The notes under the pieces are model-generated. The model was not told where the DNA came from. It saw nothing but the letters and a program-made list of their open reading frames with translations, and ran no database searches. A stretch of DNA of 64,000 bases from positions 36,446 to 100,445 of the forward strand of contig JACRCD010000017.1 in assembly GCA_016219175.1 (NCBI GenBank). The letters are read 5' to 3'. This DNA comes from Deltaproteobacteria bacterium (GTDB lineage: Bacteria; Desulfobacterota; Desulfobulbia; Desulfobulbales; SURF-16). The position numbers and the translations under genes are program-made. Positions 9,655 to 18,281 of this stretch are shown here, in pieces (the stretch's first letter is position 1; the number at the start of each line of letters is the position of its first letter).

Positions 9655-10743
9655 CTACTTATCACATTCAGTTTTGCCTTTGACCAGCCGCTTGCCGATA
9701 CCAACCGCCGCATGAATGCCCACGGCCGCGCCGGCAATACCAAGAATCTTCTTGCCGGCGCTGTCCGCGCCGGCGACAATACCGTCGCCTCCGGGAATGG
9801 ACACCCCGGGCAGCCTCTCGTAAAACGGCGTCATGGTGTCCCAGAACCCGGGTTCGGTACAGCCGATACAGCCGTGGCCCGCGCCCACTGGCCAGGTGCC
9901 GACATCATTGAAACGGACAGCCGGACAGTTGGCATAGGTCCCAGGCCCCTTGCAGCCGACCTTGTACAGGCAGTAACCGGCCAGATGTCCGGCATCACCG
10001 AAACGTTCGGCAAACCTGCCCTCGTCGAAATGGGCCCTTCTCTCGCACTGATCGTGAATTTTCCTGCCGTAGGCGAAAAGCGGCCGGCCCAGCTGATCAG
10101 TGGGAGGCAAACGGTTGAAGGTCAGAAAATGCAGCACGGTCCCCAGAAAACTGATTGGATTGGGCGGACAACCTGAAACATTGACAACCGGTACATCATG
10201 CACCAGATCCCACACCCCCACCGCGCCGGTGGGGTTGGGATCAGCCGCCTGAATGCCGCCGTAGGTAGCACAGTTGCCGATGGCAATCACCGCGGCGGAT
10301 TTCGACGACACATCAGCCAGGATATCCATGGCGGTGCGGCCGCCGATCTTGCAGTAAATGCCCTTGTCCTTGGTGGGGATGCCCCCTTCCACCACGCAGA
10401 TAAATTTGCCTTTGTGTTTCTCAAGGGTGTCTTTGAGCTGCTGTTCCGCCTGATGCCCGGCAGCCGCCATGAGCGTTTCATGATAATCGAGCGAAATGAT
10501 ATCGAGGATAAGACGGGCTATATCCGGATGGGAACCCCTGACGAGCGATTCCGTGCAGCCGGTGCATTCCTGAAAATGGAGCCAGACCACAGGAGGTCTT
10601 TGCGGGTTTGCCGCAGCCTCGACCAGCTTGGGAATCATGGCATCCGAAAGTCCCAGGGCGGCGGCGGCGATGGTGCATCCCTGCAAAAAGCCGCGTCGGC
10701 TGCATTGGTGATTGGTTACGAGCTCATCTTTGTTTCTCGGCAT
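9655..10743 (-). CDS. [NiFe]-hydrogenase small subunit with Tat signal
   Basis: Twin-arginine motif SRRGFLQGC, FeS-cluster Cys pattern, and a C-terminal hydrophobic anchor. ATG 10743 is preceded by GGAGG; the ORF-track start at 10800 is less likely. Confidence 0.9.
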   Translation of the reverse strand: MPRNKDELVTNHQCSRRGFLQGCTIAAAALGLSDAMIPKLVEAAANPQRPPVVWLHFQECTGCTESLVRGSHPDIARLILDIISLDYHETLMAAAGHQAEQQLKDTLEKHKGKFICVVEGGIPTKDKGIYCKIGGRTAMDILADVSSKSAAVIAIGNCATYGGIQAADPNPTGAVGVWDLVHDVPVVNVSGCPPNPISFLGTVLHFLTFNRLPPTDQLGRPLFAYGRKIHDQCERRAHFDEGRFAERFGDAGHLAGYCLYKVGCKGPGTYANCPAVRFNDVGTWPVGAGHGCIGCTEPGFWDTMTPFYERLPGVSIPGGDGIVAGADSAGKKILGIAGAAVGIHAAVGIGKRLVKGKTECDK

Positions 10744-10940
10744 GGGAACCTCCTTTTTTTTCTGTAATCGCAATGAAGGAGTCGCTCTCAAGAAAGACAC
10801 AGGCCTCGAGACTCCCCGAAAAAAACCATGTCAGTCAGGGTATGGCAGATTGCCGCACCCCTTATATTCAATAAAGGAAATAGAGGAGAAGTCAAGAAAA
10901 AAAGATAGGTAACTTTACGGATGCAAAAAAAAATTTAAAA

Positions 10941-12023
10941 CTACCCAAGGACACGGCTGGCCGCGTTGATCACCAGCTCAGGGCTCAGTTCAACCATGCA
11001 GCGTCGGCTGTCGCACTGTTTTTTCAGGCAGGGGCCGCAGGACAGATCAAGCCGGACTACCTGATGTTTCTCACCGTAGGGTCCGGTGCGCCACGGGGCG
11101 GTTGATCCGAAAATGGCCACCACCGGAGTACCAACCGCGGCGCCGATATGCATGGGACCGGTGTCGGTGGATATTACCATGGGTGCTTTACTGTAAAGAG
11201 CCGCCAAGGTTTTCAAGGTTGTGTCGCCAGCCAGATTGACAGCCGGGTACTGCATATGGGCAATGATTTCATCAACAGCCTTCCTGTCGTCCTTGCCCCC
11301 GGTAAAAACCACCCCAAACCCTCGCCGGCAGAGCCAGTCACCTACCTGGGCAAATTTTTTGTTATTCCATAATTTCGTCGGCCAGGTCGCCTGGGGATTG
11401 ATGGGCACCACCCTTGACGGATCCGCAATGCCCCTGGCCCGGAGCAGCGCGCCAATCCGCTGAAAATGCTCCGGAGCAATGGGGATGTCAAAGACTACCT
11501 CATCGCAGGGGATACCGATGGCTTCAAGCAGCATAAGCTCCCGTTTGACCGCGTGGATATTCATGTCAACCGGCGGAATTTTCTCATTTAAAAAGATATA
11601 GCTGCACTCGGCATGGGCCATACCCCTGCCGAACCCCACCTTGCGTTCAGCCCGGCTCAAGCCGACAAAAATCCCGCTCTTCAGCAGCCCCTGGAAATCG
11701 ATGAGCAGATCATATCTGGTTTTGCGCAGCTCCCTGACAAAGCCCAGAAGTTCCTTCCAGGCCCGCAACCGTTCAGGCCCGCGCCGTAAAGCCTGGGCCC
11801 ACCTTTTGCGTCCGGAAATCAGCACCCGGTCCAGGGCGGGATGACCTGCCACGATATCGGCCGCGGCCTCTTCAATCAGCCAGCTGATATGGGCCTGGGG
11901 ATAATGGCGCCGCAGGGCGTGGAGCGCCGGCAGGGTATGAATAACGTCACCGATGGCGCTTGTTTTGACAATAAGTATATGCACGGGATGAAAAATTACT
12001 GAACCGTCTCTATCATGAGACAT
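10941..12023 (-). CDS. waaC: glycosyltransferase family 9, LPS heptosyltransferase I-like
   Basis: ILIVKTSAIGDVIHTLPAL N-terminal motif typical of WaaC/RfaC. Start is uncertain: ATG 12023, GTG 11984 or TTG 12062. Confidence 0.7.
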   Translation of the reverse strand: MSHDRDGSVIFHPVHILIVKTSAIGDVIHTLPALHALRRHYPQAHISWLIEEAAADIVAGHPALDRVLISGRKRWAQALRRGPERLRAWKELLGFVRELRKTRYDLLIDFQGLLKSGIFVGLSRAERKVGFGRGMAHAECSYIFLNEKIPPVDMNIHAVKRELMLLEAIGIPCDEVVFDIPIAPEHFQRIGALLRARGIADPSRVVPINPQATWPTKLWNNKKFAQVGDWLCRRGFGVVFTGGKDDRKAVDEIIAHMQYPAVNLAGDTTLKTLAALYSKAPMVISTDTGPMHIGAAVGTPVVAIFGSTAPWRTGPYGEKHQVVRLDLSCGPCLKKQCDSRRCMVELSPELVINAASRVLG

Positions 12024-12290
12024 CAGGGGTGGAAATACGGACCGGCGGCACCGGGCAGTCAAAATTATTTTTTATACCAGATCACCTGCCGGGTGACAAC
12101 CGGAACTGCCGGGGAAGAGCAAAATCTTTCCGCAAACAGCATGTTCGATCATTTTTCCGCCCTCTTTTTCTTGCTTTGCCGGCTAATCAAGGTATAATGT
12201 CTTTTTTTATACGATTTTATCGTCAGGCAGTTGTTAACTATTTAATCTAATGATTATTTTCTAACACCCCCCAACTGCGCAGGGTCCGCT

Positions 12291-12310
12291 TCCCATCGTT
12301 TCCCATCGTG
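12291..12310. repeat. tandem 10-bp duplication TCCCATCGTT/TCCCATCGTG
   Basis: Read directly, about 35 nt upstream of the ATG at 12345 in the divergent intergenic region. Confidence 0.8.
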
Positions 12311-12344
12311 CCGCCAGATATCCCCTGCAAACGAGATCACAGCC

Positions 12345-13319
12345 ATGAAAAAAAAGTTACTCATCACTACCGGACTCCCAAAGGGTCTTCTCGTCTTGCT
12401 GATAGCCTTTCTTGTCATGCGCCAAACAGAGCCCCAGCCATGGGAAGTGCCTGAGGCTGAACCGGAGACCCTGACCATGCAAACCGTTCAGGAGGTCTGG
12501 GCCTATTACGAGACAATCGGTTACACCAGCGACAAACTAGCCGGCGGCAAGGTGGAAGTGCCGAGAATCTACCTGGACGCCATTGTCGATAACTGGATCA
12601 CCAATGAACCCGTTTCCACCAAAAAAAGCCTGTTCTATCGCACCATGTTGCCGCTGGTGCTCAGGGTCAATGAGCTTATTGAGGGGGAAAGACGGTATCT
12701 GTATGTTGTGATTGAGACTTTCCGGGGTGGTGATGATCCCGGAGAAGACGATCGTGCCTGGCTGAAAAAACTTGCGGTACGTTATAAAATCCTTAAAAAA
12801 AATCAGGAACTGGAGCTCACGGAAGAGTTTTTTGCAAAAATTCTTCTGCGGGTGGACACGATTCCCGTCTCCATGGCTCTGGGGCAGATGGCCTATGAAA
12901 GCGCCTACGCCACCTCGCGTTTTGCCGGTGAAGGCAATGCCCTTTTCGGTCAATGGTGCTGGGAAACAGGGATGCTGCCGGCAGAGCAGCGAGAAGACAA
13001 GGGAGATTACCGGATCGCCGGTTTCCCCACGCCCATAGACTCGGTGAAAGCCTATGCCATGAATATCAACACCCATGGCGCCTACAGGGATTTCCGCCTG
13101 GCCAGGTCCGGCCAGCGCGGCCGGAACAACAAATCCCTTGATGGTTACAGCCTGGTGGCCAATCTGGAGCGATATTCGGAAAAGGGTGAAGAGTATGTCA
13201 GAATCCTGCAGGGCATTATCAGCCATAACCAATTAAGCGCCTTTGATGAGGCCAGACTGTCCAGGAGCCGTCCCGTCATCCTGAATCCCCGGCAAAAGGG
13301 TTCTTCCGGGGAGGGATGA
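12345..13319 (+). CDS. glucosaminidase-domain (Bax/FlgJ-C-like) protein with N-terminal membrane anchor
   Basis: Hydrophobic N-terminus. The ALGQMAYESAYATSRFAGEGNALFGQW segment resembles the mannosyl-glycoprotein endo-beta-N-acetylglucosaminidase domain of Bax-like proteins. Recalled by eye only. Confidence 0.6.
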   Translation: MKKKLLITTGLPKGLLVLLIAFLVMRQTEPQPWEVPEAEPETLTMQTVQEVWAYYETIGYTSDKLAGGKVEVPRIYLDAIVDNWITNEPVSTKKSLFYRTMLPLVLRVNELIEGERRYLYVVIETFRGGDDPGEDDRAWLKKLAVRYKILKKNQELELTEEFFAKILLRVDTIPVSMALGQMAYESAYATSRFAGEGNALFGQWCWETGMLPAEQREDKGDYRIAGFPTPIDSVKAYAMNINTHGAYRDFRLARSGQRGRNNKSLDGYSLVANLERYSEKGEEYVRILQGIISHNQLSAFDEARLSRSRPVILNPRQKGSSGEG

Positions 13320-13412
13320 AAGCTCCATGGTCCCGACCGTACGCAACGGCATTCTGTTGCGCGGGCGCTTGCTTTTTTTGTGATGAAACGGACAGATATT
13401 CGCAACAGTGAC

Positions 13413-13441
13413 TTGACATTGCCCAGCCGGCAAGATAAATT
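13413..13441 (+). promoter_or_regulatory. putative sigma70-type promoter (TTGACA-17 nt-TAAATT)
   Basis: -35 TTGACA at 13413-13418, a 17-nt spacer, and -10 TAAATT at 13436-13441. The -10 ends only 6 nt before the ATG at 13448. Confidence 0.35.
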
Positions 13442-13447
13442 CTGGAT

Positions 13448-13666
13448 ATGAATATGCAGACCTGCCCATATTGCAAGGAAAAAATTTACAGCAACGCCCT
13501 GGTTTGCCGTTACTGCAAACGGGATCTGCCCGCTATGAATGCGGTACAGCCTCATGCGGCCAGCTGGGTTCCCGCCCTGCTGGCCACGGCGGTTATCTTC
13601 ACCGGCGCCGCCGTTCTGGCCTACGAGTTCTTCAAGGAAAGACGGAACTGGGTGGACCGGGGGTAG
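13448..13666 (+). CDS. small zinc-ribbon protein with C-terminal transmembrane helix
   Basis: CPYC...CRYC pairs followed by the hydrophobic stretch WVPALLATAVIFTGAAVLAY. Confidence 0.5.
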   Translation: MNMQTCPYCKEKIYSNALVCRYCKRDLPAMNAVQPHAASWVPALLATAVIFTGAAVLAYEFFKERRNWVDRG

Positions 13667-13681
13667 CTGTTTCCGGCCGTA

Positions 13682-14344
13682 TTACTTTTTTTCGCCGACC
13701 AGCAGGCAAAAGCCTCCCCTTTCATCCAGACCGAGGCGCGAATGCTCAGGTACACTCAACTCTTCAGGCCCCTGAAAGAGAGACGAGCGGCATTCCTTCA
13801 GGACAAATCCGCTTTCCTCCAGCAGGGATAGGACCTCCTGCCCATGATAAAAGACCGCATGCCGGTAAAAGGGATGATTCCTCTCCTTTTTGGCCTGCAG
13901 GGACTTCCCCCACGCCCCGGACAATGGCGCCATCCCCAGAACCAGATGACCTCCCGGTTTTAAAATCCGGCAGCATTCGTTAAGCGCCATTGTGGGCTCG
14001 GCCAGAAAACAGAGGGTAAAAAGAAGATAAACACAGCCAAAACTGTTACTGGCTACGGGCAATTCCTCGCCTATGGCCTGCACGACGGAGATATTTCTGC
14101 TGCTGGCCAGCCGCAGGGGGGCCAGGGCCGGATCAACGCCAACATCAACATGCAAGGCCTGGGCAAAACGACCCGGCCCCACGCCGATCTCAATCTTCGG
14201 TCCGCTAAAATGGGTTTGCAGTTCCCGCAGAGCTGTCAATTCAATCTCAAACAGCAGACTGTCCTCAAACCACTGGTCGTACTCATGGGCCCTGTCATGG
14301 AAAATTGCGGACTTTTGCCGCCATTGCCCCTGTGTCATCGCCAT
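13682..14344 (-). CDS. class I SAM-dependent methyltransferase
   Basis: IEIGVGPGRFA (motif I) and RILKPGGHLV (post-I) motifs. Start was set at MAMTQGQW (ATG 14344) because the longer ORF overlaps the upstream M48 gene. Confidence 0.75.
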   Translation of the reverse strand: MAMTQGQWRQKSAIFHDRAHEYDQWFEDSLLFEIELTALRELQTHFSGPKIEIGVGPGRFAQALHVDVGVDPALAPLRLASSRNISVVQAIGEELPVASNSFGCVYLLFTLCFLAEPTMALNECCRILKPGGHLVLGMAPLSGAWGKSLQAKKERNHPFYRHAVFYHGQEVLSLLEESGFVLKECRSSLFQGPEELSVPEHSRLGLDERGGFCLLVGEKK

Positions 14345-14364
14345 ATCCCGGTTTCCAGGCAATT

Positions 14365-15606
14365 TCAGGCGCCAAGAAGCTTTCTGACCCGCTGGGGCAA
14401 GGGTGGATGGCTGTAATGCAAAGCGACATACCACGGATGGGGATGAAGATTCGCCAAATTGTCCCGGCCAAGTTTCGCCAGGGCGCTGGCCAGAGCCCGG
14501 GGATTTCCGGTCAGCTCCACGGCGAAACCGTCCGCCTGCCACTCATCTCTTCTTGATGAAAAGCTCAGTAACGACTTGAAGGGAAACACGGCAAGCATCC
14601 CGCAGAAACCGACAAGCAGCAGTTTGACGTACAGGGTCGGCATACTTATATTGAAAATCGAGGCCAGCATGTCATGCCGCAGAAACCACCAGGCCGCGTA
14701 GAGTGCTGCAAAAGAGACGCATTCCATGACCAGCAGCCTTTTCAGGATATGCTTTTTTTTCCAATGTCCCGCCTCATGGGCCAGGATCGCCAGAATCTCA
14801 TCATCACTGCTTTTCTCCAGCAGGGTATCAAAAAGAACGATGCGCTTCACATGGCCGATCCCGCTGAAATAGGCATTACCATGCCCGCTCCGCCTGGAGG
14901 CGTCCATGGTAAAAACCCTCGACACGGACAAGCCCGCCCTGGCGAGCAACGTCTTAATCTTTTCCTCAAGACTTTTGTCGGCGATGGGAGTAAATTTATT
15001 AAACAGAGGTTCAATGACATAGGGTGAGATATAAAGCATGAAAAGTTTGAATACCAGCATAAACGCCCAGAGCAGAAGCCACCAGCGGTCCGGCATGGCG
15101 TCGATTATCAGGAATGCGACCCACAGAAGAAGACTGTAAAGGACGGTGGTAAGAAGCAGCCCTTTGGCGGCATCAGCCAGCCAGAGACGGAAGGTCTGCC
15201 GGTTGAACCCGTATTTTTCCTCGACAACAAAGGTGTTATAGAGGTCAAAGGGAACCTGCAGAAGAAAGCCGCCATAGGCAAGAAAAAGAAAAAAACAGAT
15301 GCCGGTCACGGCAAAAGGCCAGCCCTGCCCAGCCAGCCACGAGTTGTACCAGTTCAACAGCCCGCCGAAGATAAAAATCACGGTCAGCAGAAGATCAACA
15401 GCGGAAGAAAAAAAATCAATGCGGCCATGATCAACGGTGTAATCCCGTATCCTGACCATGCTCCTGTCATCAACCAGGCCGGCAAATCCCGCCGGCACCC
15501 TGTGCCCGTACCGGTGAAGATGCCGGAGGTTGACCTGGGCGACCATATTTTCTATACCTTTTATGACCAGATATGCGATAAAAATGAAAAGCAATGGTGA
15601 TTTCAT
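14365..15606 (-). CDS. M48 family (Ste24/HtpX-like) zinc metalloprotease, polytopic membrane protein
   Basis: HEAGHWKKKH (HExxH) plus multiple TM helices; 413 aa is typical of Ste24-type enzymes. Confidence 0.85.
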   Translation of the reverse strand: MKSPLLFIFIAYLVIKGIENMVAQVNLRHLHRYGHRVPAGFAGLVDDRSMVRIRDYTVDHGRIDFFSSAVDLLLTVIFIFGGLLNWYNSWLAGQGWPFAVTGICFFLFLAYGGFLLQVPFDLYNTFVVEEKYGFNRQTFRLWLADAAKGLLLTTVLYSLLLWVAFLIIDAMPDRWWLLLWAFMLVFKLFMLYISPYVIEPLFNKFTPIADKSLEEKIKTLLARAGLSVSRVFTMDASRRSGHGNAYFSGIGHVKRIVLFDTLLEKSSDDEILAILAHEAGHWKKKHILKRLLVMECVSFAALYAAWWFLRHDMLASIFNISMPTLYVKLLLVGFCGMLAVFPFKSLLSFSSRRDEWQADGFAVELTGNPRALASALAKLGRDNLANLHPHPWYVALHYSHPPLPQRVRKLLGA

Positions 15607-15725
15607 CAGGTTGTCCGCCCGCAGGGCAAAAAATCATGAGAATGCAGTGATGGCGGCGGATACCGACCGGACGCCTTGCCGCAATGTACAGCCTATAACT
15701 TAAAAAACCTAATCTTATACCCAGC

Positions 15726-17282
15726 ATGACTCAAGAATGTAAAGATAAACCTGAAAGTCCGGTTTTTTCAAAGTTCCGCCACTCTCTCGCCAACCGGGCG
15801 GAGTTCACCATAACCTTTGAGCTTGTCCCCAGCCGGGGCGGCCGCAACAGACACATCGACCGGACCCTGGCCCTGGCCCGTGATCTGGCCCGCGACGGCA
15901 GGATCCAGGCGGTGAGCATCACCGATAACGCCGGAGGACATCCAGCCCTCTCCCCCGAGGTTCTCGGTCTGGAGATCCTGGCCATGGGCCTTGATGTCAT
16001 CAGCCATTTCTCCTGCAAGGACAAGAACCGCAACGAAATGGAAAGCCAGCTCTTCGGCTGGGACCGGCGCGGCCTGCACAACCTGCTGGTCATCTCCGGG
16101 GATTATCCGAAACAAGGCTACCGTGGCCATCCCAAACCTGTTTTTGATCTGGACAGCGTCCATGTCGTGGATATGCTCAACCTGATGAATAAAGGGCATT
16201 ACCTCAACCAGGCCGCTCATCATCCCACCTCGTTTTTCAAGGGCGTTGCCGTCTCGCCGTTCAAATTGACCGAGGCGGAACAGCTCATGCAATATTACAA
16301 GCTGCACCGCAAAATCGCGGCCGGGGCCGACTATGTCATTACCCAGCTTGGCTTTGACGCAGGGAAATATCATGAAATCCTCCAGTATATGCAACAGCAC
16401 GATCTCTCTGTCCCGCTTCTCGGCAGCGTTTTTATCCCCAGCCTGCCCCTGATCGATATCATGCACAGAGGTGGGGTGCCCGGCTGTATCATCCCCGACA
16501 AGCTTCACAAACAGATGCATGACGAGGCAAAATCGCGGGACCAGGGCAAAAAAGCCCGGCTGACCAGAGCCGCCAAACTGATGGCTGTCCTGAAACACAT
16601 CGGTTATGACGGGGCCCATATCGGCGGTCCAGGTCTTGACATGGCTGATTTCAACTTCATGCTTGACGCCCTGGACAACTACGAACACCAGGCGGCGGAC
16701 CTGGTCGAAGAGTTGAACTTCTGGCCGCCGGAGGGATTCCGCCTTTACCGCAAGGACAAACGAACGGGCCTCAATCTTAAGGAAACCACGGAGCTCGGTC
16801 AGGTTCACGCCCGGCGGCACCCGGTCTATGATCTGGCGCGGCTGGTCCACCACACGGCATTCGACCCCCAGAGCCCCTTTTACGGGATATGCCGCAAATG
16901 TTGTCTGGCCCTCCATGACTCGCCGCTGAAGCGACCCTTCTTTGCCTTTGAACATACGGCAAAGTTCCTGTTGTTCGATTGCCGGAACTGCGGCGACTGC
17001 ACCCTGGCTTCCCTGGCCTACCTCTGTCCTCAATCAGGATGCGCCAAATATATGCTGAACGGCCCCTGCGGAGGCAGCCGCGACGGCTGGTGCGAGGTCT
17101 ATCCCGGCAAGAAGCGCTGTATCTATGTCAAAACATACGAACGGTTGGCCTCAACAAACAACCTGATTGATTGCCGGAAGGGCTTTGAACCGCCCCGCAA
17201 CTGGCGGCTTAACAACACCTCGGCATGGCTGAATTTTTACCTCGGACTGGATGGCAGGGCAGAGCGCGGCACGGACAAGTAA
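15726..17282 (+). CDS. methylenetetrahydrofolate reductase fused to a MetV-like Cys-rich C-terminal domain
   Basis: N-terminal ~300 aa is MTHFR-like (SITDNAGG, ISGDYP..). The C-terminal CRNCGDCTLASLAYLCPQSGCAKYMLNGPCGG matches the MTHFR C-terminal (MetV) zinc-ribbon-like domain. Confidence 0.8.
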   Translation: MTQECKDKPESPVFSKFRHSLANRAEFTITFELVPSRGGRNRHIDRTLALARDLARDGRIQAVSITDNAGGHPALSPEVLGLEILAMGLDVISHFSCKDKNRNEMESQLFGWDRRGLHNLLVISGDYPKQGYRGHPKPVFDLDSVHVVDMLNLMNKGHYLNQAAHHPTSFFKGVAVSPFKLTEAEQLMQYYKLHRKIAAGADYVITQLGFDAGKYHEILQYMQQHDLSVPLLGSVFIPSLPLIDIMHRGGVPGCIIPDKLHKQMHDEAKSRDQGKKARLTRAAKLMAVLKHIGYDGAHIGGPGLDMADFNFMLDALDNYEHQAADLVEELNFWPPEGFRLYRKDKRTGLNLKETTELGQVHARRHPVYDLARLVHHTAFDPQSPFYGICRKCCLALHDSPLKRPFFAFEHTAKFLLFDCRNCGDCTLASLAYLCPQSGCAKYMLNGPCGGSRDGWCEVYPGKKRCIYVKTYERLASTNNLIDCRKGFEPPRNWRLNNTSAWLNFYLGLDGRAERGTDK

Positions 17283-17419
17283 CCTGGGAAGTTGCTTAAA
17301 ACACAAAAAAAACGGGATTGACAGGGTCAGGTAAAAATACCTAAGCTTAAAGGGAGTGCAAACACAAAGGTTACGGCAAACAATCTCATGCCAGTCAAGG
17401 AAAGTATCAGGGGAACGCC

Positions 17420-18274
17420 ATGAAAAAAAAACATCCCGCCATTATCCCCCTTATGCTGGGCATGGCCCTGATAATACTCATTGCCGGCCAGTCAAAGGCT
17501 GGAGCCCACGACCTGCCGAACGTCATCAAATTTGGGGTCTACCCATACGAATCCCCCCGCTCCGCTTACACGCTTTACGCCCCGGTGGCCAAGCGCATTG
17601 AAGAAAAGACCGGCCATAAGGTCGAACTCGTTTCCGCGCCTGATCACGAATCCTTTATGGAGAAAGCCGTACAGGGCGACTATGATCTGGCCCTGGTCTG
17701 CGTCAACTGCCTGTTCACGGTCCAGCCCGCCGGCTACCAGGTCATTGCCAGGGGCGAGCCTTCCTTTTACGGGGCGACGATCGTCAGGAGCGACAGCGAC
17801 ATCAACGCACCCGGCCAGCTGCGCGGCAAGAAGATCGCCGCCATCGGCAAACACTCCTATGCCGGCTACCTTTATCTGCGAGATGAACTCTCCGGGCTTG
17901 GCATTTCCCCGGACAAAGAGGTACAATTCAATTTTCTCAATAAGGTTGACTCCATCATTCTCAGCGTCATCAACAAACAGTACGACGCAGGGGTCATCAG
18001 GCTCGACACCCTTGCAAAACCGAACTTTGCCGCCGTGCGCAACAAGGTGCGAATCATCTCCAACTCACCGGAAACACCTCAATTCCCATTTGTGGTCAAA
18101 AACAACATGGCCCAGAACACCAGACAACAGATCAGGGAGGTCTTAACATCATTGACCCCCGGCAACGCGGAAGACCAGGACGTCCTGCAGAGTCTGCAGA
18201 TTGAACGCATTGTCCCGGCAACGGATTCCGACTACGTCACCATCCGCCAAGTCATAGAAAAAATTAAAAAATAA
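17420..18274 (+). CDS. PhnD-family periplasmic substrate-binding protein
   Basis: Signal peptide. IKFGVYPYESP...GDYDLA pattern typical of phosphate/phosphonate-type SBPs. Lies 8 nt upstream of a sensor kinase with no ABC permease or ATPase nearby. Confidence 0.75.
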   Translation: MKKKHPAIIPLMLGMALIILIAGQSKAGAHDLPNVIKFGVYPYESPRSAYTLYAPVAKRIEEKTGHKVELVSAPDHESFMEKAVQGDYDLALVCVNCLFTVQPAGYQVIARGEPSFYGATIVRSDSDINAPGQLRGKKIAAIGKHSYAGYLYLRDELSGLGISPDKEVQFNFLNKVDSIILSVINKQYDAGVIRLDTLAKPNFAAVRNKVRIISNSPETPQFPFVVKNNMAQNTRQQIREVLTSLTPGNAEDQDVLQSLQIERIVPATDSDYVTIRQVIEKIKK

Positions 18275-18281
18275 CAATTAA

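Noticed and set aside
10836-10852. TGGCAGATTGCCGCA upstream of the hydrogenase operon as a sigma54 -24/-12 element (and TGGCAGG...TTGCA at ~50196-50219)
   Set aside because: GG-to-GC spacing is wrong (8 and 20 nt instead of 10). The first element is also on the wrong strand for the operon.
15768-17033. 421-aa minus-strand ORF
   Set aside because: It is fully antisense to the well-supported MTHFR gene. The product is Gly/Arg/Val/Pro/His-rich with no motifs, a typical high-GC shadow ORF.
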